The notes beneath the pieces were generated by a model. It was not told the DNA's origin, did not search any database, and saw only the letters and a program-made list of their open reading frames with translations. This document shows positions 18,407-27,517 of a DNA stretch of 64,000 bases, piece by piece. Numbering within the stretch: the stretch's first letter is position 1; each line of letters begins with the position of its first letter. The position numbers and the translations under genes were made by a program. The DNA comes from Flavobacterium sp. (lineage in GTDB: Bacteria > Bacteroidota > Bacteroidia > Flavobacteriales > Flavobacteriaceae): contig NZ_JANJUQ010000015.1 of NCBI RefSeq assembly GCF_024710485.1, positions 15,614 to 79,613 of the forward strand, read 5' to 3'.

Positions 18407-20593
18407 TTATGATTTAATCACAACTTTTTCTTTCTTTAATTTATTGGAAAGTCCTTTACTGTTTTCCGTTTGCAAATCGTTTAGGATATGAATGGCTTCT
18501 TCAATATAAATGTCTTTTGACAAGCTCTCATGCCATCTCTCTCGCTTTTCCTTCAAAACATTATCCTTTTCCATAGCTTCCAGCTCATAAGGAAGTGAGT
18601 TGAATACAAACTCATTTTTGTAATCGGCAATAGGTTTGTATTTTTTATTTTTGTCTTCCAATGCTTTTTGCTCTGCTTTGAACTTATCAATATTCAAACT
18701 GAACACATTTTCTTTGTTGCGTTCACTTAACCATTTGGCATTGTCATCAATCAACTGTAGTTGAAGATTCGCTTGCATTCTGGATTTACTCTTTTTAATA
18801 GCCAACTCAAAGTTGTTTTGCTTGTCCCAGATATTGTAATTAGCCGGATCAATTTTGTCCCAAGGCATAGCGTTGTCAATATCGCGTTCACCCATTTTCA
18901 AATAGGCATACTTATCCGGTATAGCAATATCACTCTTCACTCCTTCTAACTGGGTAGAACCGCCATTAATACGGTAGAATTTTTGAGTTGTTGTTTTCAA
19001 AGCACCCAAATCTCCGTAAGTACTACCTCGTACAAACTGATTCAAATCGATTAGATTTTGAACGGTTCCTTTTCCGTACGATTGTTTACTACCGATAACC
19101 ACGCCGCGTTTGTAATCTTGGATAGCAGCGGCTAAAATCTCGGAAGCCGAAGCCGAAAACTCGTTAATCATGACTACTAAAGGTCCGTCCCATTGCACTT
19201 TTGCATCACGGTCGTATAGTACTTCTTTCTTACCGGCAGCCGATTTGATTTGTACAATCGGCCCTTGCTCGATGAATAATCCGGCAATATCTACAACGGT
19301 TTTCAATGAACCACCGCCATTGTCTCTCACATCCATAACAATACCTTGAACGCCTTCTTTTTTCAAACGCTCTACTTCGATGGCTACATCTTTAGCGGCA
19401 TCACGACTGTTTTGGTCTTCAAAATCGATGTAGAATTTAGGCAAATAAATAATCCCGTATTTGAAACCGTCTTTTTCTACTACACTTGATTTAACGTAAG
19501 TTTCTTCAATCTCCACCTCATCTCTGATAATGGTAATCACTTTGATAGTACCGTCTTGTTTTTTAACAGTCAAGCGCACTTCGGTCCCTTTAGGCCCTTT
19601 GATTTTCTTTACAACATCATCTAAACGCATGCCAACCACATCCACCGGTTCTCCGCTTCCTTGTGCTACTTTGAGAATAATATCACCTGATTCCAATTGC
19701 TTTCCTCTCCAAGCAGGGCCGCCGGAGATTAATTCTGATATCTCTGTAAAATCATTTTTCTTTTGCAAACGTGCTCCAATTCCTTCCAGTTTCCCACTCA
19801 TACTCAAATCAAAACGATCTTTTTCATTAGGAGCCATATAAGATGTATGAGGATCGAATCGAGAGGAAATGGCATTGATGTAGATTGAGAACCAATCGTT
19901 TCTGTCCAAATCTTTGATAAAACTAAAATTGTCATTTAAAGAATTTAAAGTAGACTCTCTGGATTCTTTCTCCATTTGTTCGAACGACTTAGGAGCGTCG
20001 TTTTTGCCGGCTTCTGGATTTTTCTTTTTGTCTTCCTCCAACTTTTGTTTTTCCACTAAGGTTGACAAAGCCGAAAGTTTCACTTGCAAACGCCATCTTT
20101 CTTTTAACTCTTTAGTCGATTTACAATATGGAATCTTTTCATAGTCAGCATTAAAAGTTTCGTCTGCTTTATAGTCAAACGGATTAGCTAAAGCATCTTT
20201 GTAGTAACTTTTGCTTTCCTCCATACGTTGCATCAAACGACTGTAAGTCAGTTCGAAAAACGACAAGTCTCTATTTAAAATCTGATCATCGATTTGTGTT
20301 TCGAATTTGGCAAACTCATCAATATCCGATTGCAAAAAGAAGCGTTTTGAAGGATCCAACGCATTCAAATAATCTTTATAAACTCCTTTAGAAAAATTAT
20401 CATCAATGTCCGCCGGACTGTAATGTCCTTTTTCTATGACAAAAGTCAACAATTCTATCAACAACTTATCCTTCTCCGGATCGGTTTCCTTTTTGCTTGG
20501 AAATAGGCTAAATCCAAGCAAAGCCACTGATAGTGTTAAAACTACCAACAGTATTTTATAATTCTTTCTCATAAATTGCATTATAACATTCAT
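18407..20593 (-). CDS. carboxy-terminal processing (tail-specific) protease, family S41
   Basis: 728 aa. PDZ segment, then DVRDNGGGSL and NEFSASASEI (catalytic Ser region) and SYGKGTVQ (Lys). The true start may be the internal MRKNYKILL at 20572. Confidence 0.88.
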   Translation of the reverse strand: MNVIMQFMRKNYKILLVVLTLSVALLGFSLFPSKKETDPEKDKLLIELLTFVIEKGHYSPADIDDNFSKGVYKDYLNALDPSKRFFLQSDIDEFAKFETQIDDQILNRDLSFFELTYSRLMQRMEESKSYYKDALANPFDYKADETFNADYEKIPYCKSTKELKERWRLQVKLSALSTLVEKQKLEEDKKKNPEAGKNDAPKSFEQMEKESRESTLNSLNDNFSFIKDLDRNDWFSIYINAISSRFDPHTSYMAPNEKDRFDLSMSGKLEGIGARLQKKNDFTEISELISGGPAWRGKQLESGDIILKVAQGSGEPVDVVGMRLDDVVKKIKGPKGTEVRLTVKKQDGTIKVITIIRDEVEIEETYVKSSVVEKDGFKYGIIYLPKFYIDFEDQNSRDAAKDVAIEVERLKKEGVQGIVMDVRDNGGGSLKTVVDIAGLFIEQGPIVQIKSAAGKKEVLYDRDAKVQWDGPLVVMINEFSASASEILAAAIQDYKRGVVIGSKQSYGKGTVQNLIDLNQFVRGSTYGDLGALKTTTQKFYRINGGSTQLEGVKSDIAIPDKYAYLKMGERDIDNAMPWDKIDPANYNIWDKQNNFELAIKKSKSRMQANLQLQLIDDNAKWLSERNKENVFSLNIDKFKAEQKALEDKNKKYKPIADYKNEFVFNSLPYELEAMEKDNVLKEKRERWHESLSKDIYIEEAIHILNDLQTENSKGLSNKLKKEKVVIKS

Positions 20594-20799
20594 TAATTTT
20601 TTTCTAAATTAAACAAAAAACCATGCCAAGAATTTCCGGTCGGACTAAATTTTTGTTAAAATAAACGATTTGCTCTTACGGCTTCGTCTATTGGCTCAAA
20701 GTTATAAAAAAATGTAGCGCTGTAAAGCCTTAAAATGGTTAATTTTGCATGCGCTGTTTGACGTTAAAAAGCCAAACTTTGTTACAAAAATTCAAAAAG

Positions 20800-21570
20800 A
20801 TGATTCAAAAACCTACTATATTAGTAACCAACGACGACGGTATCAATGCACCGGGAATCAGAGCTTTAATTGCTGTTATGGCAGAAATCGGAGATGTGGT
20901 GGTGGTGGCACCCGACAGTCCGCAAAGTGCGATGGGACATGCCATCACGATTAACAACACCTTGTATTTGAATAAAATTTCAACCGACGGCGCTGCCATT
21001 ACCGAATATGCCTGCTCCGGCACTCCGGTAGATTGTGTCAAATTGGCGGTCAATGAAATTTTGAAAAAGAAACCCGATTTGTGTGTATCGGGTGTGAATC
21101 ACGGATCAAATTCTTCTATCAATGTAATTTATTCGGGTACGATGAGTGCCGCAGTGGAAGCCGGAATCGAGGGCATTCCTGCCATTGGTTTTTCTTTGTT
21201 GGATTACGATTGGAATGCCGACTTTGACACCATCAAACCTTTTATTAAAAAAATCGCATTGGAAGTTTTGTATAAAAAATTACCGGAAGGAACGGTTTTG
21301 AATGTCAACTTCCCGAAACTGAAATACGAAGAAATCAAAGGCATTAAAATATGCCGTCAAGCCAAAGCCATGTGGATGGAGAAATTTGACAAACGACAAA
21401 CACCTTACGGCAAAGATTATTATTGGTTGACCGGTGCTTTCGTCAATCAGGACAGAGGAGAAGATACCGATGAATGGGCTTTGGCGCATGGTTATATTTC
21501 GGTGGTTCCGGTGCAATTTGATTTGACTGCGCATCACGCCATTCAACAATTGAATACTTGGGATTTGTAA
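20800..21570 (+). CDS. surE: 5'/3'-nucleotidase SurE
   Basis: ILVTNDDGINAPGI, GVNHGSN, YSGTMSAAVEA. A TAATTTTG -7-like box lies at 20740-20747. Confidence 0.93.
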   Translation: MIQKPTILVTNDDGINAPGIRALIAVMAEIGDVVVVAPDSPQSAMGHAITINNTLYLNKISTDGAAITEYACSGTPVDCVKLAVNEILKKKPDLCVSGVNHGSNSSINVIYSGTMSAAVEAGIEGIPAIGFSLLDYDWNADFDTIKPFIKKIALEVLYKKLPEGTVLNVNFPKLKYEEIKGIKICRQAKAMWMEKFDKRQTPYGKDYYWLTGAFVNQDRGEDTDEWALAHGYISVVPVQFDLTAHHAIQQLNTWDL

Positions 21571-21600
21571 CAGTAAATAGAACTCAATAACGAAAATCGC

Positions 21601-22713
21601 ATGAAATATTACATCATAGCAGGAGAAGCTTCGGGCGACTTACACGGGTCCAATTTGATGAAAGCATTGTATCAAGAAGATGCTTCGGCTGAGATTCGTT
21701 TTTGGGGTGGCGATTTGATGCAAAACGTTGGCGGTACTTTGGTAAAACACTACCGCGATTTGGCTTTTATGGGATTTGCCGAGGTGGTGATGAACCTGAA
21801 AACCATTTTAAACAATATCAAGTTTTGCAAAAGCGATATCGAAAAATTCAAACCAGATGTGATAATTTTTATTGATTATCCCGGTTTTAACATGCGCATC
21901 GCCAAATGGGCAAAACAAAAAGGCATCAAAACCCATTATTACATTGCTCCGCAAATTTGGGCTTGGAAAGAAAACCGAATCAAAGCGGTTAAAAGAGATT
22001 TTGACAGGCTTTTTGTAATTCTGCCGTTTGAAAAAGATTTTTTTGAAAAGAAACATCATTTTCCTGTGGATTTTGTTGGTCATCCATTGATTGATGCTAT
22101 TAACAACAGAATTCCTACTGATGAAAAAGCTTTCAGAAAAGAAAACGAACTTGACGAAAGACCGGTTATTGCTTTGCTTCCCGGAAGTCGAAAACAGGAA
22201 ATTGCCAAAATGTTAAGCGTCATGCTGAGCGTGGCAGACGATTTTCCGACTTATCAATTTGTGATTGCCGGTGCGCCGAGTCAGGAATACGCTTTCTACC
22301 AGCAATTTTTAGCACATAAGAATGTTAAATTCATCTCGAATAAAACCTATGATTTATTAAGCATAGCCACAGCAGCCTTGGTTACTTCGGGTACAGCCAC
22401 TTTGGAAACCGCATTGTTCAAAGTTCCTGAGGTTGTTTGCTACAAAGGCAGTTGGATTTCGTATCAAATTGCCAAACGCATTATTACTTTGAAATATATT
22501 TCATTAGTGAATTTGATTATGGATGAAGAAGTGGTGACCGAATTAATTCAGGACCAATTCAACACCGAAAACTTGAAAAAAGAGCTCAAAAAACTCTTAG
22601 ACGAAAACCATAAAAAGGGACTTTTAGAAAAATACATCCAATTAGAAAACAAACTTGGCGGAATCGGGGCGAGTGCCAAAACTGCTAAATTTATTATAAA
22701 TGATTTAAAGTAG
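21601..22713 (+). CDS. lpxB: lipid-A-disaccharide synthase
   Basis: YYIIAGEASGDLHGSNLM, IDYPGFN, YYIAPQIWAWKENR, LLPGSRKQEI, SGTATLE. Confidence 0.93.
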   Translation: MKYYIIAGEASGDLHGSNLMKALYQEDASAEIRFWGGDLMQNVGGTLVKHYRDLAFMGFAEVVMNLKTILNNIKFCKSDIEKFKPDVIIFIDYPGFNMRIAKWAKQKGIKTHYYIAPQIWAWKENRIKAVKRDFDRLFVILPFEKDFFEKKHHFPVDFVGHPLIDAINNRIPTDEKAFRKENELDERPVIALLPGSRKQEIAKMLSVMLSVADDFPTYQFVIAGAPSQEYAFYQQFLAHKNVKFISNKTYDLLSIATAALVTSGTATLETALFKVPEVVCYKGSWISYQIAKRIITLKYISLVNLIMDEEVVTELIQDQFNTENLKKELKKLLDENHKKGLLEKYIQLENKLGGIGASAKTAKFIINDLK

Positions 22714-22714
22714 T

Positions 22715-22745
22715 TTTGATTCCTAAAAGGTAATTTTTAACTTTG
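22715..22745 (+). promoter_or_regulatory. candidate Bacteroidota sigma-A promoter for the NlpC/P60 gene
   Basis: TTTG (22715-22718), 19 nt spacer, TAACTTTG (22738-22745). This is a full match to -33 TTTG / -7 TAnnTTTG. Confidence 0.5.
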
Positions 22746-22794
22746 CATAAATGTCTTAGTTATCAAAAAACACCTATACATATTCGTTTTATCT

Positions 22795-23424
22795 TTGCTG
22801 TTTTTAGCTTGTAAACCGACAGCCACTATAGTGACCTCTAAAGAAGTTGCTGTAAAGAAGGGCTTATACTCGGAACCGAAACCCTTAACTACTGCAGAAA
22901 CAAAAACGCCTGAAAAGAAAAAGAAACACACCAATACCGTGGTGGCTTCAAAACCGGTGGTCACGACTTCAACTTTAGCCAAAAAAGTAAATATAGAAAA
23001 CCAAAATGAGCCTGACATTATTGTTGATGATGAAAACACCAGCTATTTGGTTCGTCAATTAATCAACACGGCTTCTGAAAATTTAGGCGTTACTTACCGT
23101 GGTGGCGGAACTTCTAAAGATGGTTTTGATTGTTCAGGTTTGATTTATACTACTTTCAAAAAATTTGATATTACTTTACCGCGCTCTTCTCACCAAATGG
23201 CTACGGTTGGTACCAAAATAGATTTAAAGAGTGCTCAAAAAGGAGATTTAATTTTCTTTATTAATCGAGGTCAAAGAAGAATCAATCACGTAGGCATGGT
23301 GGTGGAAGTTACTAATGAGGAAGTTAAGTTTATTCATTCCTCTACCCAAAGTGGTGTAATCATCTCTTCGACCAAAGAACCTTATTACAACAAGACATTC
23401 GTACAAATAAACAGGGTTTTGTAG
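22795..23424 (+). CDS. C40 (NlpC/P60) peptidoglycan endopeptidase lipoprotein; true start probably upstream at ATC 22762
   Basis: Catalytic DCSGLIYTTF ... NHVGMVV ... IHSS. The frame stays open upstream to 22741 and encodes (I)KKHLYIFVLSLLFLAC, a full lipoprotein signal. The TTG at 22795 would leave only MLFLAC. Confidence 0.8.
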   Translation: MLFLACKPTATIVTSKEVAVKKGLYSEPKPLTTAETKTPEKKKKHTNTVVASKPVVTTSTLAKKVNIENQNEPDIIVDDENTSYLVRQLINTASENLGVTYRGGGTSKDGFDCSGLIYTTFKKFDITLPRSSHQMATVGTKIDLKSAQKGDLIFFINRGQRRINHVGMVVEVTNEEVKFIHSSTQSGVIISSTKEPYYNKTFVQINRVL

Positions 23425-23467
23425 TATTTTTATTGTAAGAAAAAGATTTATTGTGTAATTTAGTTAC

Positions 23468-25495
23468 ATGAAAATCTTACAATTTCCATTAGTACGTGTT
23501 TGTATCTTCTTTGTATTGGGATTGCTTTTGTATCAACAAGGCTTTCAACCCAAGACAACCCAAATTTTTATTGCCCTTTTACTTGGCTTAGGCGTACTAT
23601 CGCTTTTACACTTCAAAAAGAAATATTTAGGGCGATGGAATGGCTTCGGAGGATTGGTATGTTTGATATCCTTCGGTATCGGATTATCTACGGCGACTTT
23701 TCATCAGGAAAATAAAAGTCGCCATCATTACACACACCAAACCGAAGACCAAGCAGCTTACAACTTTCGGCTCATCATTCATGAAAAATTAAAGAATACA
23801 CCTAAAAACGAAAGATACATCGCCATTATCGAACGCATTGACAACCACAAAAGCGAGGGCACTATACTGCTTAACATCAGGCATTCATCACAAAACAAAA
23901 CTTTACCCATCGGTAGTCGATTGAACGTTGAAGGCTTGCTCTACCGGAATAAAGCACCTTTCAATCCGAATCAGTTTGACTACAGTCATTATTTAGAAAA
24001 CCAGCAGATTTACGCCCAAATTTATGCGTCTTGGCCAAAGCTAAAAGTTGTTAAAACAGGAACTTCAATTTGGTCTAAATTCTCCAATTTCAGATCAAAG
24101 ATTATCGACAATCTAAAACGCTCCAACTTCAATTCGAAGGAATTAGCCATAATGATTGCACTTTTACTCGGGCAACAACAAGACATCGATCCGGAAACTC
24201 TACAAGACTATCAATTGGCCGGCGCCGTTCATATCTTGTCGGTTTCGGGTTTGCATGTGGGCTTTATCATGCTCTTCATTGGCTTTCTGTTGAAGTCCAT
24301 TCCGAATACGCGTCGAAACAGCTATTTAAAATTATTAATTATTATCCTAGCTCTTTGGAGTTATGGCATTTTAGCCGGTTTGGCACCATCGGTTGTTCGG
24401 TCGGTTACAATGTTTTCTTTTGTAGCAGTTGGTCATCATTTGTGTAGAAATGTTAATATTTACCACAGCCTTCTGGTTTCTATACTACTCATTTTACTTT
24501 GGAAACCCTCGTTTTTATTTGATGTTGGTTTTCAATTGAGCTATTTGGCCCTATTTTTCATTCTTTGGCTGCAACCGTTATTGGCTAAATTATGGGAACC
24601 TAAAAACAAAATTGCTTGCTACATTTGGGATATTTTAACCGTTTCATTTGCAGCACAATTGGGAACGTTACCCTTGAGTATTTATTACTTTCATCAATTT
24701 CCGGGCTTGTTTTTTGTGACTAATGTGGTGGTATTGCCTTTGCTGGGCATCATAATGATAGTTGGCTTGTTGGCAGTTATAATCGGATGTTTCGGGATGG
24801 TTCCATCGTTCGTGATTGTCCCGTTAGAAATGATGATTGCCATTCAGAATAAGTGCATTGCATGGGTGGCTTCGTTGGATTCGTTTGTATTTAAAAACAT
24901 CGGATTTACTTCGGGTATGCTTTGGACTTCCTATTTCACTATCATAGCTTTGGTGCTTTGGCTAGAAAAACCGGTTTATAGAAGAGCGGCTACTACTCTG
25001 ATTAGTATTTTGCTGTTACAAGTCGTTTTTATTCATAACAAATGGAATACAGTAAACACTCAGGAAATGATTGTTTATCACCTCAAAAAAACCACGATGA
25101 TAACCGTGCGAAAACAAAATATTGTGACTGTATTCGGCAACGACAGCATCCAAAATTCGGTTAAAGACAACAGAACTCTTCAATCCTATCTGACAGCTAA
25201 TTTTACAGAACGGACACAATCGAAATCGTTGCGACACTTGTATTACTTCAATTCGAAAAAAATTCTTTTGATTGACAGTAGTATGACCGTCTTGCCAGAG
25301 CTAAAAGCGGATATACTCGTCTTAGTGAATTCACCTAAAATTAATTTAGAACGATACATTTCAGTATACAACCCCAAACAGATTGTAGCCGACGGTTCCA
25401 ATTTTAAAAGTTATGTTCAGCTATGGAAAGCGACCTGCCATAAAGCCAAAATCCCTTTTCACTATACAAATGAAAAGGGATTCTATAAGATTTAA
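23468..25495 (+). CDS. ComEC/Rec2-family DNA internalisation channel protein
   Basis: 675 aa. N-terminal TM/OB (DUF4131-like) region, then the polytopic Competence domain (AGAVHILSVSGLHVGF..., FQLSYLA..., FHQFPGLFF). Confidence 0.8.
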   Translation: MKILQFPLVRVCIFFVLGLLLYQQGFQPKTTQIFIALLLGLGVLSLLHFKKKYLGRWNGFGGLVCLISFGIGLSTATFHQENKSRHHYTHQTEDQAAYNFRLIIHEKLKNTPKNERYIAIIERIDNHKSEGTILLNIRHSSQNKTLPIGSRLNVEGLLYRNKAPFNPNQFDYSHYLENQQIYAQIYASWPKLKVVKTGTSIWSKFSNFRSKIIDNLKRSNFNSKELAIMIALLLGQQQDIDPETLQDYQLAGAVHILSVSGLHVGFIMLFIGFLLKSIPNTRRNSYLKLLIIILALWSYGILAGLAPSVVRSVTMFSFVAVGHHLCRNVNIYHSLLVSILLILLWKPSFLFDVGFQLSYLALFFILWLQPLLAKLWEPKNKIACYIWDILTVSFAAQLGTLPLSIYYFHQFPGLFFVTNVVVLPLLGIIMIVGLLAVIIGCFGMVPSFVIVPLEMMIAIQNKCIAWVASLDSFVFKNIGFTSGMLWTSYFTIIALVLWLEKPVYRRAATTLISILLLQVVFIHNKWNTVNTQEMIVYHLKKTTMITVRKQNIVTVFGNDSIQNSVKDNRTLQSYLTANFTERTQSKSLRHLYYFNSKKILLIDSSMTVLPELKADILVLVNSPKINLERYISVYNPKQIVADGSNFKSYVQLWKATCHKAKIPFHYTNEKGFYKI

Positions 25496-25507
25496 TTTGG
25501 TGTTGAA

Positions 25508-25975
25508 TTACGATTTTTTATTGGCTAAAATTTTGTTGGCACCATCTAACCAAACGCTTGGACCTCCGGCCACATAACCGGTACTGCCAATTTGCTCTAA
25601 GTTGACTTTTCCATCTTTTTTAGAAGCATTCACAAACCAAACCGTAGGATAGCCACGTACGCCTAAAACTTGCTGCAACTCCATGTTTTGTTTAACCAAT
25701 TCCGGACTTTGTTGCGCTCTTCTCGGGAAATCCAATTCCACTAAAACCACTTTATCTTTGGCCCATTTAGCAAATTCAGGCGTTTTCAACACTTCTTTTT
25801 GCAAACGAATACACCAACCGCACCAATCACTTCCGGTGAAGAATAACAGCAAAGGTTTTTTTGTTTTTTTGGAGATTTCCATGGCTTTGTTGATATCGGT
25901 TTGCCATGTCAGTTCCTGAGCATTTATCGTTAACGATCCCAGAATCAAGAATAACGTAAGGATTACTTTTTTCAT
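25508..25975 (-). CDS. secreted thioredoxin-fold protein
   Basis: Signal peptide plus PLLLFFTGSDWCGWCIRL (a CxxC redox motif in a thioredoxin fold). Confidence 0.8.
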   Translation of the reverse strand: MKKVILTLFLILGSLTINAQELTWQTDINKAMEISKKTKKPLLLFFTGSDWCGWCIRLQKEVLKTPEFAKWAKDKVVLVELDFPRRAQQSPELVKQNMELQQVLGVRGYPTVWFVNASKKDGKVNLEQIGSTGYVAGGPSVWLDGANKILANKKS

Positions 25976-26028
25976 ATTAACTAATTTTATTTACAAATAT
26001 ATACAAAAACAATACCATCTACAGTAGG

Positions 26029-27510
26029 CTATTTTACGTCTTGCATTAATTTTTTGACCAACGGAGAAATCACTATAAGCACTATTCCGGCTACTAAGGC
26101 ATAAATAGCCAATTGCTGATAACCATCGGTATATGTATTTAACTTCTCGATTTTGGTTGCGTTTTCATCAGCGCTAGCCATTCCTGCTCCCAGAATTCCC
26201 GCCGCATATTGACCATATGCACTGGCTAAGAACCACATCCCCATCATAACTGCCTGTAATTTTACCGGCGCAAGTTTTGTCATAATGGAAAGTCCGATGG
26301 GTGACAAACACAATTCACCAAAGGTAATGATGAAATAAGCTAACGTGAATAATTCCAGGGAAGTTAGTCCTTCAGCATTAGCAAAAAATCGGGTGGCATA
26401 GAAAGTGTAAAAAGCCAGAGCCAGGAATAAAAAGCCAAAGCCAAATTTGACTACGGTATTAGGCTCTTTCTTCCTTCCGCTTAACCATATCCAAACAATT
26501 CCCAACAAAGGCGCAAAAATGATCACAAACAAAGAGTTGGCCGCGTTGTTTACACCGTTAGGATCTAATGGTACCCCTAATATGTCATTGCTTAAATTAT
26601 TGGCTGCAAATAAACTCAAAGAACCGCCACTTTGCTCAAAAAAGGCCCAAAACAAAATGGAGAAAATGATAAAGACCATCGCTGCCAACAGCTTTTTATT
26701 TTCGTTGAGAGAGAAATTACGCATTTCATAGGCCAAGTAAATCAGCGTGATGGGTCCGATGGTATACATAAAATAATCGGTATACTCGGGATTGGATACC
26801 ATCGTCATGATTAATGGAATCGCTAATATAGTTCCGATATAGGTCGCATACTCGTAAACCTTTCTTTTAGAATTATCAAGATGCAATAGTGGAGAAATTC
26901 CTATGTCTGCCATACTTCTTTGGGTAAATACAAAGGTCAATAGACTAATCGTCATCACAATTCCGGCCAAACCAAAGGCTACATTCCAAGAGTAATTTTT
27001 ACCCAAATAAATACAAACGTATCCTCCGAGTAAAGCCCCGATATTGATTCCTGAATAAAACAAGGAAAAACCTGCATCCCTACGAGTGTCGTTGGCTTTG
27101 TACAAAGTTCCGACCATAGTGGAAATATTCGGTTTGAAGAAACCCGTTCCGATTACAGTAAATGAAATTCCTAGAAAGAAAAACTCTTGTGGGTTAACAG
27201 CCAGAATAATACTTCCGACTATCATCATGATACCGCCCCAAAAAAGCGATTTTCTATAGCCTAATATTTTGTCGGCAAATAAACCGCCTATAAATGTAAA
27301 TGCATAAACGAATGCCTGAGTAGCACCGTATTGCAAATTGGCTACTTTTTCATTCATCAGCAATTGGTCTACCATAAAAAAGGTAAGCATTCCGCGCATT
27401 CCGTAGAAACAAAAACGCTCCCACATTTCACTGAAGAACAAATACCAAAGTTGTTTCGGATACTTGCCTTCAAAATTTTGAATTTGTTCGAGGGTTAAAT
27501 CTTTTGCCAT
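26029..27510 (-). CDS. proton-dependent oligopeptide transporter (POT/PTR2 family), paralogue 1
   Basis: 493 aa. SEMWERFCFYGMR (ExxERFxYY), GFFKPNIS, FYSGINIGA, FWAFFEQSG. Confidence 0.9.
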   Translation of the reverse strand: MAKDLTLEQIQNFEGKYPKQLWYLFFSEMWERFCFYGMRGMLTFFMVDQLLMNEKVANLQYGATQAFVYAFTFIGGLFADKILGYRKSLFWGGIMMIVGSIILAVNPQEFFFLGISFTVIGTGFFKPNISTMVGTLYKANDTRRDAGFSLFYSGINIGALLGGYVCIYLGKNYSWNVAFGLAGIVMTISLLTFVFTQRSMADIGISPLLHLDNSKRKVYEYATYIGTILAIPLIMTMVSNPEYTDYFMYTIGPITLIYLAYEMRNFSLNENKKLLAAMVFIIFSILFWAFFEQSGGSLSLFAANNLSNDILGVPLDPNGVNNAANSLFVIIFAPLLGIVWIWLSGRKKEPNTVVKFGFGFLFLALAFYTFYATRFFANAEGLTSLELFTLAYFIITFGELCLSPIGLSIMTKLAPVKLQAVMMGMWFLASAYGQYAAGILGAGMASADENATKIEKLNTYTDGYQQLAIYALVAGIVLIVISPLVKKLMQDVK

Positions 27511-27517
27511 AAGTTGT

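Noticed and set aside
17940-18407. Three antisense ORFs (60-88 aa, Phe/Leu/Ser-rich) opposite the K/E-rich coiled-coil gene.
   Set aside because: They are the complement of AAA/GAA-rich codons (TTT/TTC/CTT). This is a purely compositional artefact.
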